Shown: positions 1 to 6,625 of the stretch, one piece after another | How the letters are laid out: the number at the start of each line of letters is the position of its first letter | How positions within the stretch are numbered: position 1 is the stretch's first letter | Program-made: the position numbers and the translations under genes | Origin: an uncultured Gammaproteobacteria bacterium | GTDB taxonomy: Bacteria > Patescibacteriota > Microgenomatia > Daviesbacterales > UBA10151 | Length of the DNA: 10,567 nucleotides | NCBI GenBank assembly: GCA_964522265.1 | Contig: CAZFVS010000031.1 | Location: 1 to 10,567, forward strand | Reading direction: 5' to 3' | The notes under the pieces: generated by a model | The model's database searches: none | Seen by the model: only the letters and a program-made list of their open reading frames with translations | What the model was told of the DNA's origin: nothing

Positions 1-132
1 TGGGAAGTTTTGGTTGACGGAAAGAGGGATACAATCTTTGAATATGACGGATGGGCCCGGGCTGTAAATATTAAATCAGGACAGCACATAGTTGATTTTA
101 AATTCAAACCCTTTAATCATATTTTCGATTGA
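1..132 (+). CDS. 3' end of an upstream CDS (partial, last 43 aa); possibly the C-terminal beta-rich domain of a YfhO-type GT-C membrane glycosyltransferase
   Basis: Frame 1 is open from base 1 to TGA at 130-132 and translates WEVLVDGKRDTIFEYDGWARAVNIKSGQHIVDFKFKPFNHIFD. The pattern W-x-(V/A)-x-VDGK ... G-x-H-x-V-x-F-x-(F/Y)-x-P is what I recall at the C-terminus of YfhO-like proteins. It is on the same strand as, and 3 nt upstream of, the next gene. The fragment is too short for a firm family call. Confidence 0.55.
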   Translation, partial: WEVLVDGKRDTIFEYDGWARAVNIKSGQHIVDFKFKPFNHIFD

Positions 133-135
133 TTC

Positions 136-1197
136 ATGGTAAATATTAAGGTGGTATTAATCTTTGTGCTTTTTTTCTTTATACTTGCAGAATTTTTTAC
201 TCCTGAAATTATAGATAAATACCAAATTAACCGGCTAAGTGAACCCGAATTCGAGACATATACAAGCGATGAGGCGAGTTTTTTAAAAACATTTTACTTA
301 ATGAAACATAATTTAGGATATTACCGGGCATTTAAATTATCGAGGGAAAACGGGGCATCGGGCAATAATCTACAGCAAGATATTTTTACTTGGAGAATGC
401 CGGTTGTTTTTTACCTTTGGAAAATATTTGCCAGTGGCGGGATGCAAATTTTTAAGCTTTATATATTCCTTAGCCTTCTGTCGCTTTTTTCGATATATTT
501 AATTTTAAAAAAAATGACAAGTCCTGAATATGCAATTTTAGGACCTCTCCTGCTGTTGCCTTATTTTTATGATACTTTCAGATATAAAACCGCATTTCTT
601 TTTACTGAGTGGTGGGGGTTGCTTTTCTTTGTAATTGGACTTTCTGCATATTTTCATAAAAGCCAAAAATTAGCACTGTTATGTTTTATAATAACAGTAT
701 CAATCAGGGAATTATTTATAATACCGGTCATGTTGCTTTTGGTATGGAGTTTTCTAAAAAAGGGAAATTTTAAAATAATTTTTTTGGCGGTTATTTTTAG
801 CGGAATAATTTATTTTATCCATATTTTTAATATACGTGAGGTGTTGGGTAGGACTACAGATTTTAGTTTTTTCTCCAGGTTTCATCCATACCATTTGGCT
901 GATTTACAAAAGATGATTTCGTTTTCGATGAAGGAGTATGTTTTTTGGGGATTGAAGACCCATTACCTTTTTGTGTTCTTGGGTATGTTAGGTTTAGCGA
1001 GAGCTGTTTTTAACAAAAATCGGGAGGCGATTTTTTTATTGGTAATAGTTTTAGGATTTATCTTATTTCTGCCTCTTATTTCAACTGCTGATAATGACTA
1101 TTGGGGAATTATGTTTGTTCCTATTATAATTGTATCTATACCGCTTCTTTTAAAACCTAAAAATGAAAATATTAATTCTCTCGAGATATCAAAATAA
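136..1197 (+). CDS. Polytopic integral membrane protein (about 11 predicted TM segments), compact GT-C-like glycosyltransferase candidate (GT87/DUF2029-like organisation)
   Basis: 353-aa ORF starting at ATG 136, the first possible start after the in-frame TGA at 130-132, and ending at TAA 1195-1197. The translation is very hydrophobic. TM1 (aa 5-20) is followed by a roughly 65-aa hydrophilic loop carrying an acidic D45-E46 pair (nt 268-273) within SDEASFLKTFYLMKHNLGYY. That is the position where GT-C enzymes carry their first-loop Asp/Glu motif. The function is inferred from topology and context only. Confidence 0.75.
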   Translation: MVNIKVVLIFVLFFFILAEFFTPEIIDKYQINRLSEPEFETYTSDEASFLKTFYLMKHNLGYYRAFKLSRENGASGNNLQQDIFTWRMPVVFYLWKIFASGGMQIFKLYIFLSLLSLFSIYLILKKMTSPEYAILGPLLLLPYFYDTFRYKTAFLFTEWWGLLFFVIGLSAYFHKSQKLALLCFIITVSIRELFIIPVMLLLVWSFLKKGNFKIIFLAVIFSGIIYFIHIFNIREVLGRTTDFSFFSRFHPYHLADLQKMISFSMKEYVFWGLKTHYLFVFLGMLGLARAVFNKNREAIFLLVIVLGFILFLPLISTADNDYWGIMFVPIIIVSIPLLLKPKNENINSLEISK

Positions 1198-2101
1198 AAG
1201 CCACCGTGTTGTGGAGTCTGTTGTCTATGAGTTGTCAAAAAGACTATCTGAAAATCATCAGGTTGATATTTTATCCGGGCAAGACAGCGACTCTTTTCAA
1301 AAGATGGTGAAAAGTGAATATGATGTTGTAATGCCGATGAACGGAAGGATGCAAAGCCTCAAAGCCTCCATTGGCAGGTTGATAGGTGGTTACAAACTGG
1401 TTATCGGAGGACACAGCGGTATCGGAAGAGATGATATTTGGAATATTGTTTTTTGCAAACCCGATATTTTTATAGCATTGACAGGTTATATGGCCAATTG
1501 GGCTAAAAAGTGGGCATGGGGATCGAAAGTTATCAAAATCAACGATGGTGTTGATACAAAAAAATTCAGCCCCAGCGGTAAAAAAATCAATTTTAACTTA
1601 CCAAGGCCGATTGTGTTATCAGTAGGTGCTTTAGAATGGTATAAATATCACGAAAGGGTGATCAATGCGATGGACATTTTTAACCGGGGTTCACTGATAA
1701 TTGTAGGTGACGGTATGGATAAACAAAGATTGGAAAAACTGGGTGGAGAAAAGCTAGGGAAAAGGTTTAAAATAATCCAGGCAAAATATAAAGATATGCC
1801 AAAAATATACAGATCTGCAGATGTTTTTACCTTGCCTTCCTGGGACAGGGAAGCGTTTGGTGTTGTTTATCTGGAAGCATTGGCAACCGGAGTACCTGTG
1901 GTTGCGCCGGATGATCCGTCCAGAAGAGAGATTATAGGGGAGGCGGGAATCTTTACTGATGTTACTGATGCCGCAAAATATGCAGTTGCCATTCAGGAGG
2001 CATTAAATAAAAAGTGGGGAAATATTCGAAGAGAACAGGCGGAAAAATTTTCCTGGGAAAATATCACAAAGGAGTATGAAAATTGTTTAGAAAATCTTTA
2101 A
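1163..2101 (+). CDS. Glycosyltransferase family 4 (GT-B fold, Glycos_transf_1-type), compact 312 aa
   Basis: ATG 1163 gives the typical GT4 N-terminus MKILILS. The C-terminal domain carries the E-x7-E signature REAFGVVYLEALATGVPVVA (E230 at nt 1850-1852, E238 at nt 1874-1876). The ORF overlaps the upstream gene by 35 nt, and no alternative in-frame Met lies near the N-terminus. Confidence 0.9.
   Translation: MKILILSRYQNKSHRVVESVVYELSKRLSENHQVDILSGQDSDSFQKMVKSEYDVVMPMNGRMQSLKASIGRLIGGYKLVIGGHSGIGRDDIWNIVFCKPDIFIALTGYMANWAKKWAWGSKVIKINDGVDTKKFSPSGKKINFNLPRPIVLSVGALEWYKYHERVINAMDIFNRGSLIIVGDGMDKQRLEKLGGEKLGKRFKIIQAKYKDMPKIYRSADVFTLPSWDREAFGVVYLEALATGVPVVAPDDPSRREIIGEAGIFTDVTDAAKYAVAIQEALNKKWGNIRREQAEKFSWENITKEYENCLENL
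2069..2074 (+). promoter_or_regulatory. Shine-Dalgarno site (AAGGAG) for the TTG-initiated GT-C gene at 2083
   Basis: A perfect AAGGAG sits 8 nt upstream of TTG 2083, inside the 3' end of the preceding GT4 gene. It is the best SD match I found upstream of any start codon in the window. Confidence 0.75.
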
Positions 2102-3576
2102 ATTTTGGTGAAAAATATATTTTTTGTATTCCAATAATCCTTGCTTTTTTTATCCTTTTTATTAATATCAACAAACCTTTTGTAGGTTTCCATGATTTTA
2201 ACAATGTCCAATACGGCACAATGGCCCAAAACTATATTAAGGAGGGGGTTTGGAATTTAAAATTCGGGCAAATCATGGGGAAAATTCATGGGGATTTCCA
2301 TAAAAACAAACCCTTTTATACCAGCTACTTACCTCTCTTGCCTCTTATGGTAGCAGGATCATTTTCTTTTTTCGGGATGCACGAGTGGTCTGTCAGGATA
2401 ATACCCGTATTGTTTTCCACTTTTGGGGTTTTATTTTTTTTTCTACTGGTTAAAAAACTTTGGGGTGGAAAAGCTGCTTTTGTTGCCTCCTTTTTTTATA
2501 TCCTAAACCCAATGTTTATCTATTTTGGCAATATGGCAGATGTAGATGTTTTGATTTTGCCAATGATGATACTTTACCTTACTTTTTACCTTAATTGGAT
2601 TGAATCAGGAAAGAATAAGTATTTATTTTTTCTTTGTTCAAGTTTATTTTTTGGTGGGTTGATCGGATGGATCATTGTTTATCTTGGTCCTTTATTTATA
2701 TTACACAGTATTCTGATAGGAAAATTTAAACTGAAAGTTTTTATTCCGGGTCTGGTGTTATTATTTATCGTTCTTTTGCAATTTATCCATGCTTATATCC
2801 TTTCGGAGGGAGATATTTTTAAATCCGCGATGTTGGGGTCTTTAAAAAACAGACTTACTGAATCGAACTTAAGTTTTGGAGGGCAAAAATTTACGCCTTT
2901 AAGTTACTTAAAAAAAGAAATTAGTATGCTCCAGGCCTATTTCACCCGCACCCTAATTATGTTGTCACTAAGTTATGTAGTGATAAACTTTAGAAACAAG
3001 TTGGGGTTGGGAGGTATTACTCTATTTTGTTTACTCATTTTAGGGATAGCCCATCCACTAATTTTTTCAAGGGCTATCTTTATCCATGATTATCAAAATA
3101 TTTATCTTCTGCCGTTTCTCTCTGCAGCAGGCGCTTTAATGGTTATAAAAATAATAGCTTTTCTGAAAAAAATAAAAATTACAGAATGGGTAATATTGTT
3201 ACTAGTTGTTGCGTTATTTTTTATTTTTGTAACCGAGAGAATAAATTTTGCCAAAGCCTTGCTTGCTACAAATATGAACAAGCAGGGTTTTGAGATGGCT
3301 GGTTTATTAAACTCGCTTCAAAATTATGATAACGAAGTTTCTATAGCTTCACGTAGGTTTGTATCCTTTTATGGTTTATTCACGGACTATTACTCAAATT
3401 ATAGGTATGGTATTTTGGAAGAAGACACTTTAAAAAAAGAGGGTTTAGCTGGTTTAAAGTATGCAATCTTTATAGACGAAGACATACAAGATCAAGCTTA
3501 TTATAAAATGCTAACCTTGCAATATAAATTTTTTAAAACCGGGGAATGGACTGTGATAAAAAATGAAAAACGATAA
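2083..3576 (+). CDS. GT-C fold membrane glycosyltransferase, ArnT/PMT (GT39/GT83)-like, 497 aa
   Basis: TTG start at 2083 is preceded by a strong Shine-Dalgarno AAGGAG (2069-2074) with an 8-nt spacer. The nearby ATG at 2076 is out of frame and hits a stop after 4 codons. The protein has many TM segments. TM1 is followed by FHDFNNVQYGTMAQNYIKEG (D38 at nt 2194-2196), matching the first-loop acidic/aromatic motif of ArnT/PMT-type enzymes. The last roughly 100 aa form a soluble C-terminal domain. Confidence 0.85.
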   Translation: MFRKSLNFGEKYIFCIPIILAFFILFININKPFVGFHDFNNVQYGTMAQNYIKEGVWNLKFGQIMGKIHGDFHKNKPFYTSYLPLLPLMVAGSFSFFGMHEWSVRIIPVLFSTFGVLFFFLLVKKLWGGKAAFVASFFYILNPMFIYFGNMADVDVLILPMMILYLTFYLNWIESGKNKYLFFLCSSLFFGGLIGWIIVYLGPLFILHSILIGKFKLKVFIPGLVLLFIVLLQFIHAYILSEGDIFKSAMLGSLKNRLTESNLSFGGQKFTPLSYLKKEISMLQAYFTRTLIMLSLSYVVINFRNKLGLGGITLFCLLILGIAHPLIFSRAIFIHDYQNIYLLPFLSAAGALMVIKIIAFLKKIKITEWVILLLVVALFFIFVTERINFAKALLATNMNKQGFEMAGLLNSLQNYDNEVSIASRRFVSFYGLFTDYYSNYRYGILEEDTLKKEGLAGLKYAIFIDEDIQDQAYYKMLTLQYKFFKTGEWTVIKNEKR

Positions 3577-4405
3577 CCCGCTTATCTCGGTTATTATACC
3601 GGCTTATAACGAAGAAAAAAACATTGATAAATGTTTACGGTCTATTTCCAACCAAACCTATCCTAATATTGAAGTAATAGTAATAGATGATGGTTCAACG
3701 GATAAAAGCGTAAAGATTATTCAGGAGTTTCCCGTACAACTTTTGACCGGTTTGGCACACCAGGGACCTGCAAAAACGAGGAATAAAGGTGTTAAATTTG
3801 CTAAGGGATTAATTTTAGTGTTTGTTGATGCTGATATGACATTTTCAAAAGATTTTATTGAAGAGTTGGTACGGTCGGTAATTGAGGGAAAGTATAAAGG
3901 CACCTTCAGCAAGGAGGAGTATGTTTCAAACTGGACCAATGACTGGTCAAGATGCTGGAATATAAACAAAAATTTACCTGTAAAAAAAATGATCCCTGAT
4001 AATTTTTCTGATGAAGGAAAAGATTTTAGGGCTATATTAAAAGATGAATTTAACAGAGTTGGCGGTTTTGATGACACAGGTTATACCGATACTTGGACTT
4101 TGGCTCAAAAATTAGGGTACAAGCCTCATTCGATTCACGGGGCGCTATATTACCACGCAAACCCGGATAATTTGAAAGAAGTGTTTGTCCAGGCAAAATG
4201 GGTTGCCAAAAGGCCATATAAATATGGTCTAATAGGATGGTTTTATATGGTTTTAAAATCAACTCTGCCCGTCAGCCTGTTAATAGGTTTGATAAAGTCA
4301 CTAAGGTACAGAGAGCCAAAATTTGTTTTATTTAAAATTCTTTTTGATTTTGCATATTTTTTGGGCCTTTTAGAAATGGTATTTTTTACTAAACTTTCCA
4401 AATGA
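3563..4405 (+). CDS. Glycosyltransferase family 2 (GT-A fold) with two hydrophobic C-terminal segments; candidate polyprenyl-phosphate sugar synthase (GtrB/ArnC/CsbB/DPM1-like role)
   Basis: The N-terminus is classic GT2: ISVIIPAYNEEKNIDKCLRSISNQTYPNIEVIVIDDGSTDKS. The DxD motif VFVDADM has D89-A-D91 at nt 3827-3835, and VGGFDDTGYTDTWTLAQKLGYK follows downstream. Hydrophobic C-terminal stretches lie at aa 222-245 and 254-276 (about nt 4226-4297 and 4322-4390). The GT2 family call is strong, but the lipid-carrier substrate is inferred from context. Confidence 0.9.
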   Translation: MKNDNPLISVIIPAYNEEKNIDKCLRSISNQTYPNIEVIVIDDGSTDKSVKIIQEFPVQLLTGLAHQGPAKTRNKGVKFAKGLILVFVDADMTFSKDFIEELVRSVIEGKYKGTFSKEEYVSNWTNDWSRCWNINKNLPVKKMIPDNFSDEGKDFRAILKDEFNRVGGFDDTGYTDTWTLAQKLGYKPHSIHGALYYHANPDNLKEVFVQAKWVAKRPYKYGLIGWFYMVLKSTLPVSLLIGLIKSLRYREPKFVLFKILFDFAYFLGLLEMVFFTKLSK

Positions 4406-5823
4406 TTATCCCAATCCTGTTACTTGCTTTGTGTTTAAGATTAATAGCCCTTAACCAGTCTTTATGGTTGGATGAAGCAATTAGTGCTAATGCAGCCAGA
4501 CAGTTGGATTTTTGGCAATACGTCACAAGTTATCCGATTGGTGATTTTCATCCACCAGGATACTTTGCCATATTATGGATTTGGTCCCACGTTTTTGGTT
4601 TTGGTGAAATTGCATTGCGGATGCCATCAGTTATTTTCGGCAGTTTAACTGTCTTCTTAACATATCTTTTGGGGAAGGATTTATTTAACAGGAGAGTAGG
4701 ATTGTTATCAAGTCTTTTTTTAGCAATCGGACCGTTACATATTTACTATTCACAAGAAGCAAGGATGTATTCATTTTCAGCATTTGCTGCAACTTTGGCT
4801 AGTTTTTGTTTACTTAAATTTTTAAGGGGAGAAAAAATATTTTATATTTTTTATCCCTTATCACTAGGATTGGTTTTATACAGCGACTACCTGGCTTATT
4901 TTTATATTTTATCACACATAGCTTATGTATTTTGGCAGGAGAGACGTCAATTAAAAAAATTTTCTCTTAGTTTAATAAGTGGATTAATGCTTGGTATTCC
5001 CTGGTTTTTGGTATTGCCGGAACAACTTAAAGGTGGGTGGCAAACAGCTGAAAATATCCCCGGTTGGGCAAAAGTGGTGGGAGGCGCCAATTTTAAAAAC
5101 CTAGCTTTAGTTTGGGTTAAATCGATTATTGGTAGGGTTTCACTGGAAAATAAAACTTTATATGCATTTATTATGTTACCGATCAGCATCTTTTATATTT
5201 GGCTGATGGGGCAAACATTTAAAAAATTTAAAAAAGAAACGAAGTTTTTATTTTGTCTATTAGTAATACCTATTTTAATGGCTTTTGTAGTATCCTTCAT
5301 GATTCCCGTACTGTCTTATTTTAGGATGATTTTTGTTTTACCCATCTTTTATATCTTAATTTCATCCGGAGTCTTTTTTCTCAAACCATCGCTGCAGCGT
5401 TACGCCGCAGTAATTGTATGTGCGGTCAGCATTATTTGTGTACTGTTTTATTACTTAACCCCTAAATTCCAAAGAGAGGATTGGCAAGGGTTAGTAAATT
5501 TTCTAAACAATCAAAATTTAAATAAAAGTCTAGTCATTTTTGAGGACAGTAATAAACCGGCCCCTTTTATTTATTATGACAGGCAAAAGATTTTATCCGT
5601 TGGTGGAATTAAAAATTTCCCATCCAAATCAGCTGAGGATATTATAGACTTAAATGTTTTAACTAAAAAGACAGATACGATATTTTTAGTTGATTATTTG
5701 GTTGAAATTTCAGACCCAAAAAGATTGATTGATCAAAAACTATCTCAATTAAATTGGGTAGTTATTGATGTCCATAATTTTAATGGAGTAGGATTGGTTT
5801 ATGAATATTCTAAGTCTTATTGA
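4402..5823 (+). CDS. GT-C fold membrane glycosyltransferase, family 39 / PMT_2 (ArnT-like), 473 aa
   Basis: The start overlaps the upstream stop in an ATGA junction (4402-4405). The N-terminal region LWLDEAISANAA...DFHPPGYF...FGFGEIALRMPSVIFGSLTVFLTYLLG...IGPLHIYYSQEARMYS is the pattern I associate with PMT_2-type glycosyltransferases (D24-E25 at nt 4471-4476). It has multiple TM segments and a soluble C-terminal domain of about 110 aa. Confidence 0.9.
   Translation: MIIPILLLALCLRLIALNQSLWLDEAISANAARQLDFWQYVTSYPIGDFHPPGYFAILWIWSHVFGFGEIALRMPSVIFGSLTVFLTYLLGKDLFNRRVGLLSSLFLAIGPLHIYYSQEARMYSFSAFAATLASFCLLKFLRGEKIFYIFYPLSLGLVLYSDYLAYFYILSHIAYVFWQERRQLKKFSLSLISGLMLGIPWFLVLPEQLKGGWQTAENIPGWAKVVGGANFKNLALVWVKSIIGRVSLENKTLYAFIMLPISIFYIWLMGQTFKKFKKETKFLFCLLVIPILMAFVVSFMIPVLSYFRMIFVLPIFYILISSGVFFLKPSLQRYAAVIVCAVSIICVLFYYLTPKFQREDWQGLVNFLNNQNLNKSLVIFEDSNKPAPFIYYDRQKILSVGGIKNFPSKSAEDIIDLNVLTKKTDTIFLVDYLVEISDPKRLIDQKLSQLNWVVIDVHNFNGVGLVYEYSKSY
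5785..5793 (+). promoter_or_regulatory. Possible Shine-Dalgarno (GGAGTAGGA) for ATG 5801
   Basis: AGGA (5790-5793) lies 7 nt upstream of ATG 5801, and GGAG (5785-5788) lies 12 nt upstream. This supports ATG 5801 as a real initiation site even though the sequence just downstream is odd. Confidence 0.5.
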
Positions 5824-6625
5824 AGTCTGCCGAAAACCGCGGGCTATCAGTCCGCGGACGAAGGCGACGGAAAGAAGTGTTTTATCGGAAAGAGAAACCG
5901 CGGGCTTTAGCCTGCGGAGCTTCATTAAAAAACTGTTTTTTTACAGGCAGCATCCGGATGCAGCTTTGCGGTATTTACCAATAGTAAAAATTCTTAAAAA
6001 AAACCGATGGGATAATTTAAATATCCTAGAAGTAGGGTCAGGTTCATATGGGATTGCGCCTTACTTAAAGAAAAAAATTACAGGAGTTGACCTTTTTTTT
6101 GATGAACCAAACTTCCCACTTCTCGAAAGAATTAAAGGATCTGCAGTTAAACTTCCTTTTAATGATAAACAATTTGATATTGTATTATTATCTGACGTAC
6201 TGGAACATTTACCACGGGATCAAAGAAAGAAGGCTTTGGGAGAAGCTGTTAGGGTTGGAATGAAAGCCGTAATTATAGGTGGTCCATTCGGCAGTAGGGC
6301 AGCTGAGCAGGACAGAGAATTGGCGCAGTTTTCAAAGAAAAAATTAGGTAGGATGCATAAATTTTTTATAGATCATCTGAAATTCGGATTGCCGGAGATA
6401 AGTGATATAAAAAGTTATTTAAAAAATAATCCGGGGGTAAAAGGGGTTCAGGTAGAAGGGCAATATTTAAACTTGGATGTTAGAAGTTGGATTATGAAAT
6501 TTTTTATCTCAGATAATAAGATAGTTTATTATTTTTATCTGAAAGGGTTAATGTATTTAGTGCCACTTTTTAGATATTTGAATAAGAAACCCTGTTATAG
6601 AAGTATTATTTTAATTAAACTATGA
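5801..6625 (+). CDS. Class I SAM-dependent methyltransferase (Methyltransf_11-like); 5' boundary uncertain
   Basis: Motif I is ILEVGSGSYG (aa 75-84, nt 6023-6052), followed by GVD and the motif LPFNDKQFDIVLLSDVLEHL. ATG 5801 has a plausible SD (GGAGTAGGA at 5785-5793, 7-nt spacer from AGGA) and overlaps the upstream gene by 23 nt. Codons 9-55 run through an atypically GC-rich palindromic island with rare-looking CGG/GCG/CCG codons. The only other canonical in-frame start before motif I is TTG at 5966; near-cognate ATT 5924 and CTG 5933 also lie in frame. The core methyltransferase call is solid, but the start is ambiguous. Confidence 0.8.
   Translation: MNILSLIEVCRKPRAISPRTKATERSVLSERETAGFSLRSFIKKLFFYRQHPDAALRYLPIVKILKKNRWDNLNILEVGSGSYGIAPYLKKKITGVDLFFDEPNFPLLERIKGSAVKLPFNDKQFDIVLLSDVLEHLPRDQRKKALGEAVRVGMKAVIIGGPFGSRAAEQDRELAQFSKKKLGRMHKFFIDHLKFGLPEISDIKSYLKNNPGVKGVQVEGQYLNLDVRSWIMKFFISDNKIVYYFYLKGLMYLVPLFRYLNKKPCYRSIILIKL
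5825..5868 (+). repeat. GC-rich hairpin element copy 1 (inner 8-bp stem plus possible outer stem)
   Basis: The inner stem pairs CCGCGGGC (5837-5844) with GTCCGCGG (5850-5857), with one G-T(U) wobble and loop TATCA. A possible outer stem pairs GTC(T)GCC (5825-5831) with GGCGAC (5863-5868), with one bulged T. It begins 2 nt after the TGA of the upstream gene. Confidence 0.6.
5898..5917 (+). repeat. GC-rich hairpin element copy 2
   Basis: The stem pairs CCGCGGGC (5898-5905) with GCCTGCGG (5910-5917), with one G-T(U) wobble and loop TTTA. The 12-mer AAACCGCGGGCT (5895-5906) is an exact direct repeat of 5834-5845, 61 nt away. CGGAAAGA is also repeated, at 5868-5875 and 5886-5893. Confidence 0.6.
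5947..5964 (+). repeat. Near-perfect 18-bp palindrome GCAGCATCC|GGATGCAGC
   Basis: Eight of nine symmetric positions pair, with one A/A mismatch at 5949/5962. It could form a hairpin with a CCGG loop or serve as a dyad-symmetric protein-binding site. It ends immediately before the in-frame TTG at 5966. Confidence 0.5.

Noticed and set aside
53-62. GC-rich palindrome GGGCCCGGGC (perfect 8-bp palindrome GCCCGGGC at 55-62)
   Set aside because: It is short and isolated, and it lies inside a coding region (DGWARA). It has no flanking repeat or partner, so it is most simply a chance occurrence.
1883-1905. Inverted repeat GCAACC ... GGTTGC with an 11-nt loop
   Set aside because: The stem is only 6 bp and lies in the conserved E-x7-E/ATGVPVV coding segment of the GT4 gene. 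It is explained by codon choice, and no U-tract or regulatory context is present.
3721-4262. Minus-strand ORFs 3721-4077 (118 aa) and 4050-4262 (70 aa)
   Set aside because: Both lie entirely antisense to the GT2 gene, whose translation carries unmistakable family motifs. Their own translations are compositionally odd (S/L/F/N-rich) with no recognisable motif, SD or partner genes on that strand. They are typical shadow ORFs.
4947-5189. Minus-strand ORF of 80 aa
   Set aside because: It is antisense to the well-supported PMT_2-like GT-C gene. It is short and has no motif or expression signals, so it is a shadow ORF.
5898-5942. Hairpin 2 as a rho-independent terminator ending the upstream module
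   Set aside because: The GC-rich 8-bp stem with a tetraloop looks terminator-like. However, the sequence immediately 3' is AGCTTCATTAAAAAAC, not a U-tract, and the T7 run (5936-5942) begins 18 nt after the stem. It is not a canonical intrinsic terminator. A weak or attenuating role is kept as one option under the GC-island finding.
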